DNA of 64,000 nt, taken from the NCBI GenBank assembly GCA_051750305.1, contig JBNJJM010000009.1:32188-96187 (forward strand), read 5' to 3'. Below are positions 44,114 to 56,147 of this stretch, piece after piece. This DNA comes from Pseudomonadota bacterium. Its GTDB lineage: Bacteria > Pseudomonadota > Gammaproteobacteria > Pseudomonadales > Oleiphilaceae. Each line of letters begins with the position of its first letter. Position 1 is the stretch's first letter. Made by a program: the position numbers and the translations under genes. Below the pieces are notes generated by a model. It saw only the letters and a program-made list of their open reading frames with translations. It did not search any database and had not been told where the DNA came from.

Positions 44114-44989
44114 TTACCGGAACTTTCTCAGGCGCTGGATCAGGGATGAGGTGTCCCAGCGATTCCCACCCATGGATTGCACGTCCGCATAGAACTGATC
44201 AACCAGTGCTGTGACCGGCAGCGAGGCATTCACTTTGCGTGCTTCCTCGAGACAGATCCCCAGATCCTTGCGCATCCAGTCGACCGCGAACCCGTAGTCG
44301 AACTTGCCGTCGATCATGGTTCCCGAGCGGTTTTCCATCTGCCAGGACTGGGCTGCACCCTTGGAAATCACGTCGACGACTTTGCGCACATCCAGGTCCG
44401 CCTGTTCCGCGAAATGCAGCGCTTCGGACAGGCCCTGAACCAGCCCTGCAATCGCTATCTGGTTGACCATTTTGGTTTTCTGACCGCTACCGGCGGGCCC
44501 CATCAGATTCAATGCTCGTGAGTAATGCTCCAGAACCGGGCGGGCGCGCTCGAATACCTCCGGGTCGCCGCCGCACATGATGGTGAGCTGGCCGTTGTCC
44601 GCCCCTTGCTGGCCGCCAGAGACCGGCGCATCAATAAAGCCCTGTTTGCGCCTGGCAGCGCAGGCGGCAAGCTTTCCGGCGATGCCGGCGGATGCCGTGG
44701 TGTGGTCCACCAGAATGGCGCCTTCAGGGGCACTGGCAATGATGCCGTCCTCGCTCAGGTAGATGGCCTCCAGATCCTTGTCGGCGCCGACGCAGGTCAA
44801 AACAATATCGGCGTCATTGACGGCATCGTTGATGGAGTTGCAGGCGTTTCCGGGGTATTCCCCAGCCCAGGTTTTGGCTTTCGGGAGGGTGCGGTTCCAA
44901 ACCTTGACGTGAATGCCAGCTCGGGCCAGGTGTCCGGCCATCGGGTAGCCCATCACGCCGAGTCCGATAAAAGCCGCTCTGATAGTCAT
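44114..44989 (-). CDS. NAD(P)-dependent oxidoreductase, 3-hydroxyisobutyrate dehydrogenase family
   Basis: FIGLGVMG, DAPVSGG, GQKTKMVNQ, FAVDWMRKDL. Confidence 0.92.
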   Translation of the reverse strand: MTIRAAFIGLGVMGYPMAGHLARAGIHVKVWNRTLPKAKTWAGEYPGNACNSINDAVNDADIVLTCVGADKDLEAIYLSEDGIIASAPEGAILVDHTTASAGIAGKLAACAARRKQGFIDAPVSGGQQGADNGQLTIMCGGDPEVFERARPVLEHYSRALNLMGPAGSGQKTKMVNQIAIAGLVQGLSEALHFAEQADLDVRKVVDVISKGAAQSWQMENRSGTMIDGKFDYGFAVDWMRKDLGICLEEARKVNASLPVTALVDQFYADVQSMGGNRWDTSSLIQRLRKFR

Positions 44990-45051
44990 GCATCATCTCC
45001 CGCTGTTGTTTTATTTGCCCTAACTTACCACACGGGCTGAACGGCAGGCAT

Positions 45052-45081
45052 AAAAAAAGGCCGCTGAATCAGCGGCCTTTT
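45052..45081 (-). terminator. Intrinsic terminator of gltA
   Basis: Minus strand AAAAGGCCGCTGA-T-TCAGCGGCC-T7. Confidence 0.88.
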
Positions 45082-45105
45082 CCGTATCCGTTGCCGGAGC
45101 TGCAG

Positions 45106-46380
45106 TTACTTCTTGGGGTAATCGCGAGCGTCGGAACCGGTGTACAGCTGGCGTGGGCGACCGATGCGGTAATCACCAGACACCATCTCGTTCCAGTGCG
45201 AGAACCAGCCAATGGTGCGGGACAAGGCAAAGATCACCGTGAACATGGAAGTCGGGATACCGATGGCCTTGAGAATCAGGCCAGAGTAGAAGTCCACGTT
45301 CGGATACAGTTTGCGCTTGACGAAATACTCGTCTTCCAGCGCAATTTTCTCCAGTCGCTGGGCGATCTTCAGCAGCGGGTCATTTTCCAGGCCGAGCTCG
45401 GTCAGGACTTCGTGTGCGGTTTCCGCCATGACCTTGGCGCGCGGGTCGAAGTTCTTGTATACGCGGTGGCCAAAGCCCATCAGGCGGAAGGGGTCGTCTT
45501 TGTCCTTCGCCTTGGCAATGAATTTCTCGATGTTCTTCTCATCACCGATTTCCGCGAGCATATCCAGAACCGCTTCGTTGGCCCCGCCGTGTGCCGGGCC
45601 CCACAGAGCGGCAATGCCGGAGGCAATGCAGGCATAGGGATTGGCGCCTGTGGAGCCGGCAAGACGTACAGTCGACGTCGAGGCGTTCTGCTCGTGGTCT
45701 GCATGCAGGATGAAGATCTTGTCCATGGCTTTCGCCAGGATCGGGTTCGGCTTGTACTCTTCGCACGGTACGCCGAACATCATCTGCAGGAAGTTCTCGG
45801 AATAGGAGAGGTCATTGCGCGGATACATGAACGGCTGGCCCAGGCTGTACTTGTAACACCAGGCAGCGATGGTCGGCATCTTTGCAATCAGGCGGTGTGC
45901 GGTGATCTCGCGCTGCTCCTGATTGGTGACGTCCATCTGGTCGTGATAGAAAGCGGAGAGGGCGCCGACCACGCCGCACATGATCGCCATCGGGTGTGCA
46001 TCACGGCGGAAACCCTGGAAAAAGTTCCGCATCTGGTCGTGAAGCATGGTGTGGTTCTTGATGGTGTCGTGGAACTTCTGGTTTTCCTCGGCTGTGGGCA
46101 GCTCGCCGTGCAGCAGCAGGTAGCAGACTTCCAGGTAATCGGAGTGCTCCGCCAGTTCCTCTATCGGGTAGCCGCGGTGCAGGAGAACACCGTTTGCGCC
46201 GTCAATGTAGGTAATCTTTGATTCACAGGCCGCCGTGGAAACGAAGCCCGGGTCATAGGTGAAAACGCCTTCCTGGACGAGGCCTCGTACGTCGATAACG
46301 TCAGGGCCGACGGTGCCTGAGTAAACCGGTAGCTCAATGGACTTGTCCCCCACCGAGAGCGTGGCTTTCCTGTCGGTCAT
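45106..46380 (-). CDS. gltA: Citrate synthase (type II)
   Basis: [54 protein letters not shown]. Confidence 0.98.
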   Translation of the reverse strand: MTDRKATLSVGDKSIELPVYSGTVGPDVIDVRGLVQEGVFTYDPGFVSTAACESKITYIDGANGVLLHRGYPIEELAEHSDYLEVCYLLLHGELPTAEENQKFHDTIKNHTMLHDQMRNFFQGFRRDAHPMAIMCGVVGALSAFYHDQMDVTNQEQREITAHRLIAKMPTIAAWCYKYSLGQPFMYPRNDLSYSENFLQMMFGVPCEEYKPNPILAKAMDKIFILHADHEQNASTSTVRLAGSTGANPYACIASGIAALWGPAHGGANEAVLDMLAEIGDEKNIEKFIAKAKDKDDPFRLMGFGHRVYKNFDPRAKVMAETAHEVLTELGLENDPLLKIAQRLEKIALEDEYFVKRKLYPNVDFYSGLILKAIGIPTSMFTVIFALSRTIGWFSHWNEMVSGDYRIGRPRQLYTGSDARDYPKK

Positions 46381-46468
46381 GGTGCTCTCCTATTTATCAG
46401 CTTTGAAAGCTTTATCTACGTTTATAGATGCGCTTGGAAGGCGCGTATTATCGCAAAACTGGCGGCAA

Positions 46469-46496
46469 AATATAGGGCGTTGGCTTTTTTTGTCAA
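46469..46496 (-). promoter_or_regulatory. Putative sigma70 promoter of gltA
   Basis: Minus strand TTGACA-16 bp-TATATT. Confidence 0.6.
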
Positions 46497-46646
46497 TGCA
46501 TGGGGCCGGAAAACCCGATATTTGACAAATGATGTAAATGAGGGAATTCCCGAATACGGCTGTACCCGGGTTCAAATTGAATTTGTCAATCATCCATATA
46601 GCGGGTGCGGGCCCGCTGTTTACGGGCACTGGGCGAAGTTGCGCGT

Positions 46647-46675
46647 TTGTAATTAAGGGGGGTACTCCTTATAAT
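46647..46675 (+). promoter_or_regulatory. Putative sigma70 promoter of sdhCDAB
   Basis: TTGTAA-17 bp-TATAAT, implying a leader of about 180 nt before sdhC. Confidence 0.7.
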
Positions 46676-46858
46676 CCGTAGCCCGGAATCGGGGATATGC
46701 CTTGCCTCAGCGCCTTTGAAGTCTGGGCGCGCTTGGTGTGGTCTCCCTCCTGAGCCAATCGTGTGCGGGTTTCGCCGGCACGCTGATCCATTACATACCA
46801 ACCATCCGCATCGGTCTGTCCGGCCGCCTGTGGAACCAAGAGAGAGTGTGAGAGCGCT

Positions 46859-47239
46859 GTGAATAGCAAACGACCAGTTAATCTCGATCTCGGCAAGTTT
46901 CATTTTCCACTGCCAGCCATTACGTCCATATTGCACCGTATCAGCGGCATCATCATTTTTGTTGGTGTTGCGTTTCTGCTTTACGGACTTCAGCTTTCCC
47001 TGTCCGGGGAAGAGGGCTTCAGTCGCGTCAATGAACTGCTGAACAGCTTCCTGGCGAAGCTGATCATCTGGGGCATTTTGTCTGCTCTGCTGTACCACCT
47101 GGTTGCAGGTATCAAGCACCTACTGATGGATATGGGCATCGGAGAAGAGCTTGAAAGCGGCCGTCTCGCCGCGAAAATCACGATTGTGGTTTCCGTTATT
47201 CTCATTGTTCTGGCTGGAGTCTGGGTATGGGCAGCGTAA
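46859..47239 (+). CDS. sdhC: Succinate dehydrogenase cytochrome b556 subunit
   Basis: KRPVNLDL, AITSILHRISG, YHLVAGIKHLLMD. GTG start. Confidence 0.96.
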   Translation: MNSKRPVNLDLGKFHFPLPAITSILHRISGIIIFVGVAFLLYGLQLSLSGEEGFSRVNELLNSFLAKLIIWGILSALLYHLVAGIKHLLMDMGIGEELESGRLAAKITIVVSVILIVLAGVWVWAA

Positions 47240-47577
47240 ATAGCGTAACGAATCTCGGTCGCAGTGGTGTCTTTGACTGGCTGATCCAGCGTGTCACGGC
47301 CTACGTACTGGCTCTGTACACGCTGTTCCTGTTGGGTTTCATGGTATTCAGTGATGTCAACTACGAAACCTGGTCCGCGCTGTTTGCACAGACCTGGTTC
47401 CGCATCTTCACCCTGCTGGCGCTGCTGTCTCTTGGCGCTCACGCGTGGGTAGGGCTCTGGACCGTAACGACCGATTACATCAAGGCCATGGCGCCGCGTT
47501 TCCTGGTTCAGGCGGTGTGTGGTCTGGCCATGTTCGTGTATGTGGTCTGGGGCATTCAGATTCTTTGGGGGCTTTAA
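47227..47577 (+). CDS. sdhD: Succinate dehydrogenase membrane anchor subunit
   Basis: VTNLGRSGVFDWLIQRVTA, AHAWVGLWTVTTDY. Exact start uncertain. Confidence 0.93.
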   Translation: MGSVNSVTNLGRSGVFDWLIQRVTAYVLALYTLFLLGFMVFSDVNYETWSALFAQTWFRIFTLLALLSLGAHAWVGLWTVTTDYIKAMAPRFLVQAVCGLAMFVYVVWGIQILWGL

Positions 47578-47580
47578 TCG

Positions 47581-49353
47581 ATGGCTAATATCAAGACCAT
47601 GTCTTACGACGCGATTGTTATCGGTGGCGGCGGTGCCGGTATGCGAGCGGCCCTGCAGCTGACCGAGTCCGGCGTTAACACCGCGTGTATCACGAAAGTA
47701 TTTCCTACCCGTTCGCACACGGTTTCAGCCCAGGGCGGCATCACCTGCGCCATCGCAAGTGCCGACCCCAACGATGACTGGCGCTGGCACATGTATGACA
47801 CCGTCAAGGGCTCCGACTATATCGGTGACCAGGATGCCATCGAATATATGTGTTCCGTGGGTCCTCAGGCGGTTTTTGAGCTGGAGCACATGGGGCTGCC
47901 GTTCTCGCGCACCGAGCAGGGGCGCATCTATCAGCGTCCGTTCGGCGGCCAGTCCAAAGGGCCGGATAATCCTGCCCAGGCAGCCCGCACCTGTGCGGCT
48001 GCTGACCGTACCGGTCACGCATTGCTGCACACCCTGTATCAGGCCAACCTGAAAGGCGGTACCACCTTCCTGAACGAGTGGTATGCAGTTGATCTGGTCA
48101 AGAACAGCAAAGATGAAGTGGTTGGTGTTGTCGCCATCGAAATCGAGACCGGTGAAGTGGCCTACATCAAGTCCAAGGCAACGGTACTGGCTACCGGTGG
48201 TGCCGGCCGCATCTACGCGTCCACCACTAACGCACTGATCAACACCGGCGACGGTATCGGTATGGCGCTGCGCGCAGGTTTCCCGGTCCAGGATATGGAA
48301 ATGTGGCAGTTCCACCCGACCGGTATTCACGGTGCTGGTACGCTGGTAACCGAAGGCTGTCGCGGTGAGGGTGGCTATCTGATCAACGCCGAAGGTGAGC
48401 GCTTCATGGAGCGGTATGCTCCGAACGCCAAGGACCTTGCCGGTCGTGACGTTGTTGCCCGTTCCATGGTGATCGAGATTCTTGAGGGTCGCGGCTGTGG
48501 CCCCGAAAAGGATCACGTCCTGCTGAAGCTGGACCACCTTGGTGAAGAGACCCTGAACCTGCGTCTGCCGGGCATCTGTGAACTGTCCCGTACCTTTGCC
48601 CATGTGGATCCGGTGAAAGAGCCGATCCCGGTCGTTCCGACCTGTCACTACATGATGGGCGGTATTCCCACCAACGTGGGCGGCCAGGCCCTGACCCAGG
48701 ATGAAAGCGGCACTGACAAGCCGATCCCGGGCCTCTTTGCCTGTGGTGAGGCGGCATGTGTATCGGTGCATGGTGCCAACCGTCTGGGCGGCAACTCGCT
48801 GCTGGATCTGGTGGTGTTCGGTCGTGCAGCCGGCCTGCACATCGAAGAGCAACTGCGCGGCGGTTTCGAAGTAGACGGCGCCAGCGAAGACGATATCAAG
48901 CGTGCCATGGCCCGCCTCGATCGTCTGAACAGTGCTTCGGAGGGTGAAAGTGTCGCTGAGGTTCGCAAGGACCTGCAGAACTGCATGCAGCTGTATTTCG
49001 GCGTTTTCCGTGACGGCAACAGCATGGAAGAAGGTCTGAAGAAGCTTGAGGCTATTGGTGAGCGTGTTCGCAATACCAAGCTGGCAGACACCAGCAGCGC
49101 CTTCAACACCGCCCGTATTGAAGCGCTTGAGCTCGACAACCTGTATGAGGTGGCTCTGGCAACGGCGATTTCGGCGTTCGAGCGTAAGGAAAGTCGCGGT
49201 GCCCACGCCCGCAACGACTTCACCGAGCGTGATGATGAAAACTGGCTGAAGCACTCCGTGTACTTCCCGCTCGAGAAGCGTGTCGGCAAGCGTGATGTGA
49301 ATTTTGCGCCGAAGACCGTGGATACCTTCCAGCCGAAGATCCGGACTTACTAA
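47581..49353 (+). CDS. sdhA: Succinate dehydrogenase flavoprotein subunit
   Basis: [16 protein letters not shown] (covalent FAD His), [17 protein letters not shown]. Confidence 0.98.
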   Translation: MANIKTMSYDAIVIGGGGAGMRAALQLTESGVNTACITKVFPTRSHTVSAQGGITCAIASADPNDDWRWHMYDTVKGSDYIGDQDAIEYMCSVGPQAVFELEHMGLPFSRTEQGRIYQRPFGGQSKGPDNPAQAARTCAAADRTGHALLHTLYQANLKGGTTFLNEWYAVDLVKNSKDEVVGVVAIEIETGEVAYIKSKATVLATGGAGRIYASTTNALINTGDGIGMALRAGFPVQDMEMWQFHPTGIHGAGTLVTEGCRGEGGYLINAEGERFMERYAPNAKDLAGRDVVARSMVIEILEGRGCGPEKDHVLLKLDHLGEETLNLRLPGICELSRTFAHVDPVKEPIPVVPTCHYMMGGIPTNVGGQALTQDESGTDKPIPGLFACGEAACVSVHGANRLGGNSLLDLVVFGRAAGLHIEEQLRGGFEVDGASEDDIKRAMARLDRLNSASEGESVAEVRKDLQNCMQLYFGVFRDGNSMEEGLKKLEAIGERVRNTKLADTSSAFNTARIEALELDNLYEVALATAISAFERKESRGAHARNDFTERDDENWLKHSVYFPLEKRVGKRDVNFAPKTVDTFQPKIRTY

Positions 49354-49367
49354 GGGGGACGCACAAC

Positions 49368-50072
49368 ATGTTGGTAAGCCTTTATCGCTATAACCCGGAA
49401 ACGGACAACGCACCCTACATGCAGGATGTGGAACTGGAACTTCCGGAAGGCAAGGACCTGATGGTTCTGGACGTCCTCAATCTGCTGAAGGAAAGGGATC
49501 CGTCCGTCGCCTATCGTCGCTCCTGTCGCGAGGGTGTTTGTGGTTCTGATGGCATGAACATGAACGGCAAGAACGGGCTGGCGTGCATCACGCCCATGTC
49601 CCAGGTGGTCAAGAATAACAAGCTGGTCCTGCGCCCGCTGCCGGGCCTGCCGGTAATTCGCGACCTGGTGGTGGACATGAGTCTGTTCTACAAGCAGTAC
49701 GAGAAGGTCATGCCGTACCTGGTGAACGACAAGCCGGCGCCGGCCATCGAGCGCCTGCAATCGCCGGAAGATCGGGAAAAGCTGGATGGCCTGTACGAGT
49801 GTATTCTCTGTGCCTGTTGTTCCACTTCGTGCCCGTCGTTCTGGTGGAACCCGGACAAGTTCATCGGTCCGGCGGGTCTGCTCCAGGCCTACCGCTTCCT
49901 GGCGGACAGCCGGGACACGGCGCAGGCGGAGCGTCTCGCCAATCTGGATGACCCGTTCAGCGTGTTCCGCTGCCGGGGTATCATGAACTGTGTCAGCGTT
50001 TGTCCGAAAGGCCTGAACCCCACAAGGGCTATCGGCCACATTCGGAATCTTCTGCTTCAACGGGCGACATAA
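49368..50072 (+). CDS. sdhB: Succinate dehydrogenase iron-sulfur subunit
   Basis: SCREGVCGSD, CILCACCSTSCP, CRGIMNCVSVCP. Confidence 0.98.
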   Translation: MLVSLYRYNPETDNAPYMQDVELELPEGKDLMVLDVLNLLKERDPSVAYRRSCREGVCGSDGMNMNGKNGLACITPMSQVVKNNKLVLRPLPGLPVIRDLVVDMSLFYKQYEKVMPYLVNDKPAPAIERLQSPEDREKLDGLYECILCACCSTSCPSFWWNPDKFIGPAGLLQAYRFLADSRDTAQAERLANLDDPFSVFRCRGIMNCVSVCPKGLNPTRAIGHIRNLLLQRAT

Positions 50073-50384
50073 CAGCAGAAAATTCAACAAACGCTATACT
50101 GTTCGGATCAGGTTAGCACCCGGAAGGCCCTGCAACGACGCAGGGCCTTCAACCAAAGGCTTATAGTCAAAAGTCTTACCAGGGTGCACACTACGCAAGC
50201 CGTGACGGGAGCTTACCCAGCTTTCTCACGGCTTTGCTGAGTACAAAAACCACCGGGGAACGGAAAACATCCATGCTGGGTGTGGTGGCCATAGTCGATC
50301 CCGTAAAAACCCGTATTGACTGAGATTTACCCCTGGCCGACCATATCGAGCTCCCCCGCACCAGCCCAAGGTGAGCTATTCAAA

Positions 50385-53222
50385 ATGCACGAAAGCATCA
50401 TGGAGCAGTTATGGCAGACGTCCCACCTGCAGGGTGGCAATCTTGCCTATGTTGAACAGCTTTTTGAAACCTACCTGACAGACCCGAATGCCGTTCCTGA
50501 AGAATGGCGCAGCTATTTCGACAAGCTTCCCAGTGTTGACGGCTATCACGGTCGCGACATTGCTCACTCTTCCATTCGCGAACAGTTCGAGCACATCTCC
50601 CGCAATCAGCGTTTCCTGGCCAGTAGCGGCGTACCAGCCAGCGTGACCTCAGACGCTGACAAGAAACAGATTCGTGTCCTTCAGTTGATCAACGCTTTCC
50701 GGTTCCGCGGCCATCAGGAATCAAAGCTTGATCCCCTGGGAGTCTGGCAGCGTCCGAAGGTGGAAGATCTCGACCCTTCATTCCATGAGCTGTCCGACGT
50801 TGACCGCGATCTGGAGTTTCAGACCGGTTCTCTGAGCTTCGGCTCGGAGACCATGAAGCTGGGCGACATCATTGAAGGTCTGCGCCAGACCTATTGTGAA
50901 AGCATCGGCGCCGAGTACATGCATGTGGTCGACACCCGCATCAAGCGTTGGTTCCAGCAGCGCATGGAGCCGGTTCGCTCGCGTCCGGCGTACGAAGCGA
51001 AGACCCGCAAACATGTCCTGGAGCGCCTGACGGCAGCGGAAGGCCTGGAGAAATATCTGGGTTCCCGTTATCCGGGCGTGAAGCGGTTTGGTCTGGAAGG
51101 CGGCGAAAGCCTGATTCCCTGTCTGGATGAGCTGATCCAGCGTGCCGGCTCCTATGGCGCCAAGGAAATCGTTCTTGGTATGGCCCATCGCGGGCGTCTG
51201 AACGTGCTGGTCAACACCCTGGGCAAGAACCCGAAAGAGCTGTTTGACGAATTCGAAGGCAAAAAACTGGCGGATTCCGGCTCCGGCGACGTGAAGTACC
51301 ACCAGGGTTTCTCATCCAACGTGATGACCCCGGGCGGTGAGGTCCACCTCGCTATGGCGTTCAACCCCTCGCACCTTGAGATTGTCTCTCCGGTGGTTGA
51401 AGGTTCGGTTCGCGCTCGCCAGACCCGCCGTAATGATAACGACGGCACCCAGGTTGTTCCGATTATCATGCACGGGGACGCGGCGTTTGCCGGCCAGGGC
51501 GTGGTGATGGAAACCTTCCAGATGTCCCAGACCCGGGGCTACGGAATTGGCGGTACGATTCACATCGTCATTAACAACCAGGTCGGCTTCACCACCAGCA
51601 AGCAGGAAGATGCGCGCTCCACTGAATACTGCACCGACGTTGCCAAGATGGTTCAGGCGCCGATTCTGCACGTTAATGCGGATGATCCCGAAGCGGTGAT
51701 GTTCGTCACTCAGATGGCGATGGACTACCGCAACGAATTCAAGCGCGACGTAGTGATTGATCTGGTCTGCTACCGTCGCCGTGGGCATAACGAGGCGGAT
51801 GAGCCGGCGGCAACCCAGCCGGTCATGTACGAGAAGATTCGCAAGCTGAAAACCACCCGCGCGCTTTACGCGGATGTGCTCATCGCCGACGGGGTAATCT
51901 CCGAAGACGAAGCCAAGCAGATGGACCTGGATTACCGGGACGCACTTGATAAGGGTGACCACGTGGTCAAGTCCCTGGTCAAGGAGCCGAACAAGGAGCT
52001 CTACGTAGACTGGACGCCTTACCTCGGGCACGAGTGGACCGCCAAGTGCAAATCCAGTGTGGCGCTGAAAACCATCCAGAAGCTGGGCAAGAAACTGACC
52101 CAGGTGCCGGAAGGTTTCAGCATTCAGCGCCAGGTGTCCAAGATCGTATCCGACCGCGAAAAGATGACCGCCGGTGCGCTGCCCATTAACTGGGGTTACG
52201 GCGAAATCATGGCGTACGCCACCTTGCTGGAAGAGGGTCACCCGATCCGCATCACCGGTCAGGACGTGGGGCGCGGTACCTTCTCTCACCGCCACGCGGT
52301 TCTGCACAATCAGAAGGACGGTTCAACCCACATTGCCCTTGAGCACCTGTACGACGATCAGCCAAAGTTCGAGATCTACGATTCGCTGCTGTCCGAAGAG
52401 GCGGTAATGGCGTTCGAGTACGGCTATTCAACCACTGCACCCAAAGGTCTCGTGGTCTGGGAAGCGCAGTTTGGTGATTTTGCCAACGGGGCCCAGGTGG
52501 TCATTGATCAGTTCCTCACCAGTGGTGAGCACAAGTGGGGCCGCCTGTGTGGCCTGACCCTGTTGCTGCCGCACGGCTACGAAGGGCAGGGGCCCGAGCA
52601 CAGCTCGGCACGCCTTGAGCGCTTCCTGCAGATGTCTGCAGAGCACAATATCCAGGTATGTGTGCCGACCACGCCGTCGCAGGTGTTCCACATGCTGCGT
52701 CGCCAGGTCAAGCGCCCGCTGCGCAAGCCGCTGGTGGCGATCACGCCGAAGAGCCTGCTGCGTCACAAAGAGGCAACGTCCGATCTGGACGACCTGACCT
52801 CAGGCACATTCCAGACCGTGCTTCCGGAAAAGGAGCCGACCGATCCGAAGAAGACGACCCGCCTGATTCTGTGCAGTGGGAAGGTTTACTTCGATCTGCT
52901 TGAGAAGAAAAAGGCCGATGAGCGGGACGATGTTGCCATTGTGCGCATCGAGCAACTGTATCCGTTCCCGGGCGACGATCTGGACGAACTGCTTGCCCAG
53001 TATCCCAAGCTCAAGCATGTGGTGTGGTGTCAGGAAGAGCCGATGAACCAGGGCGCCTGGTACTGCAGCCAGCACCACATGCGTAATGCATTGCATCGGA
53101 AGAACAGCAAATTGTACCTTCAGTATGCCGGCCGTGACGCCTCCGCTGCACCTGCGTGTGGCCATATGTCCGTGCACATTGAAGAGCAGAAGAAACTGGT
53201 TAACGACGCGTTCGAAATCTGA
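50385..53222 (+). CDS. sucA: 2-oxoglutarate dehydrogenase E1
   Basis: KRFGLEGGE, GMAHRGRLN, HGDAAFAGQG, WEAQFGDFANGAQ, HGYEGQGPEHSSAR. Start placed at ATG 50385. Confidence 0.98.
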   Translation: MHESIMEQLWQTSHLQGGNLAYVEQLFETYLTDPNAVPEEWRSYFDKLPSVDGYHGRDIAHSSIREQFEHISRNQRFLASSGVPASVTSDADKKQIRVLQLINAFRFRGHQESKLDPLGVWQRPKVEDLDPSFHELSDVDRDLEFQTGSLSFGSETMKLGDIIEGLRQTYCESIGAEYMHVVDTRIKRWFQQRMEPVRSRPAYEAKTRKHVLERLTAAEGLEKYLGSRYPGVKRFGLEGGESLIPCLDELIQRAGSYGAKEIVLGMAHRGRLNVLVNTLGKNPKELFDEFEGKKLADSGSGDVKYHQGFSSNVMTPGGEVHLAMAFNPSHLEIVSPVVEGSVRARQTRRNDNDGTQVVPIIMHGDAAFAGQGVVMETFQMSQTRGYGIGGTIHIVINNQVGFTTSKQEDARSTEYCTDVAKMVQAPILHVNADDPEAVMFVTQMAMDYRNEFKRDVVIDLVCYRRRGHNEADEPAATQPVMYEKIRKLKTTRALYADVLIADGVISEDEAKQMDLDYRDALDKGDHVVKSLVKEPNKELYVDWTPYLGHEWTAKCKSSVALKTIQKLGKKLTQVPEGFSIQRQVSKIVSDREKMTAGALPINWGYGEIMAYATLLEEGHPIRITGQDVGRGTFSHRHAVLHNQKDGSTHIALEHLYDDQPKFEIYDSLLSEEAVMAFEYGYSTTAPKGLVVWEAQFGDFANGAQVVIDQFLTSGEHKWGRLCGLTLLLPHGYEGQGPEHSSARLERFLQMSAEHNIQVCVPTTPSQVFHMLRRQVKRPLRKPLVAITPKSLLRHKEATSDLDDLTSGTFQTVLPEKEPTDPKKTTRLILCSGKVYFDLLEKKKADERDDVAIVRIEQLYPFPGDDLDELLAQYPKLKHVVWCQEEPMNQGAWYCSQHHMRNALHRKNSKLYLQYAGRDASAAPACGHMSVHIEEQKKLVNDAFEI

Positions 53223-53247
53223 CGAGCTACCGAACTAAGGATCCGAG

Positions 53248-54477
53248 ATGTCAACTGAGATTAAAGCCCCCGTTTTCCCAGAGTCGGTCGCAGAGGGCAC
53301 CGTCGCGACCTGGCACAAGCAGCCGGGTGAAGCCTGTTCCCGAGATGAACTGATTGTCGATATTGAAACTGACAAGGTGGTTCTGGAAGTGGTTGCGCCG
53401 GCAGACGGCGTTATTGAAGAGGTGTTGAAGGGCGAAGGCGATACCGTCGAAAGTGGTGAAGTCATCGGCAAGTTCAAGGAAGGGGCAGCCGGTGAGTCCA
53501 AGCCTGCAGAAAGCAAGCAGGAGAGCAAGAAAGACGAAGCGCCGAAGGACGAATCCGCCAGCGATGCCCCGTCCGGGGAGGCCATTCTGAGCCCGGCGGC
53601 CCGCAAGCTTGCCGAAGAGAATAACGTTGATCCGAACGCCGTGAAGGGTACCGGAAAAGACGGCAGAGTTACCAAAGAAGACGTTCAGAATCATGTGGAT
53701 AGCGCGAAGTCTTCAGGTTCTGCTTCAAGCGTCAAGCCGGCCGGTGAGATGCCGCAGGTCGATGTGGCTTCCGGCGAGCGCCCGGAGAAGCGGGTACCGA
53801 TGACCCGTCTGCGCGCCAGCATCGCCAAGCGTCTGGTCAATGCGCAGCAGACCGCTGCCATGCTGACCACGTTCAACGAAGTGAACATGGCGCCGATCAT
53901 GGAGCTGCGCAAGCAGTACCAGGACAGCTTCGTGAAGCGTCATGGTATCAAGCTCGGTTTCATGTCGTTCTTCACCAAGGCGGCCACGGAAGCACTCAAG
54001 CGATTCCCGGCTGTGAATGCCTCCATCGATGGTAATGACATGGTGTACCACGGCTATCAGGACGTGGGCGTGGCTGTGTCCACCGACCGTGGACTGGTGG
54101 TTCCGGTGGTACGTGACGTCGACGCACTGGGTCTGGCTGACATCGAGAAGAAGATTGTCGAATACGGTACCAAGGCCAAAGACGGCAAGCTGGCCATCGA
54201 AGACATGACAGGCGGCACCTTCACCATCACCAATGGCGGCATTTTCGGTTCGCTGATCTCCACGCCGATCCTGAACCCACCGCAGACAGCCATTCTGGGT
54301 ATGCACAAGATTCAGGAACGTCCGATGGCGGTGAATGGCAAGGTTGAGATCCTGCCGATGATGTACCTGGCGCTTTCCTATGACCACCGCATGGTTGATG
54401 GCAAGGAAGCGGTGCAGTTCCTGGTAGCGATCAAGGAAATGCTTGAAGACCCGGCGCGTATTCTGCTGGACGTCTGA
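53248..54477 (+). CDS. sucB: Dihydrolipoyllysine-residue succinyltransferase (E2)
   Basis: Lipoyl domain IETDKV, E3-binding [21 protein letters not shown]. Confidence 0.98.
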   Translation: MSTEIKAPVFPESVAEGTVATWHKQPGEACSRDELIVDIETDKVVLEVVAPADGVIEEVLKGEGDTVESGEVIGKFKEGAAGESKPAESKQESKKDEAPKDESASDAPSGEAILSPAARKLAEENNVDPNAVKGTGKDGRVTKEDVQNHVDSAKSSGSASSVKPAGEMPQVDVASGERPEKRVPMTRLRASIAKRLVNAQQTAAMLTTFNEVNMAPIMELRKQYQDSFVKRHGIKLGFMSFFTKAATEALKRFPAVNASIDGNDMVYHGYQDVGVAVSTDRGLVVPVVRDVDALGLADIEKKIVEYGTKAKDGKLAIEDMTGGTFTITNGGIFGSLISTPILNPPQTAILGMHKIQERPMAVNGKVEILPMMYLALSYDHRMVDGKEAVQFLVAIKEMLEDPARILLDV

Positions 54478-54482
54478 GCTGA

Positions 54483-55952
<1,470 letters not shown>

Positions 55953-56147
55953 CGCAACACCGGAATCGGGGCGCCAGTTTGGGCGCCCCGCTGCCATCAT
56001 AACGGCAGCTTTCCGGGCGCGTGACCGGCAGGTGAAGGCGATCCCTGGCCTGCCAGAACGAATTCGCGTCAGGGGCACCAAAGGCGGTGCGCCAGCGGGT
56101 TCATTTCCGTACGTGGTTATCCTCCATCAAAAGACGGGACATTAACT

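Noticed and set aside
47725-49413. 562-aa antisense ORF opposite sdhA, and similar long antisense ORFs (37734-39167, 54507-56081, 15500-16897, 58634-60058, 11497-12612)
   Set aside because: They shadow strongly codon-biased housekeeping genes, where stop codons are depleted on the opposite strand. No RBS and no recognisable motifs.
41184-50150. Shared GAAGGCCC...GGGCCTTC outer stem in the hairpins at 41184 and 50123 as a REP-like family
   Set aside because: Only two copies with different inner sequence; compatible with chance among GC-rich hairpins.
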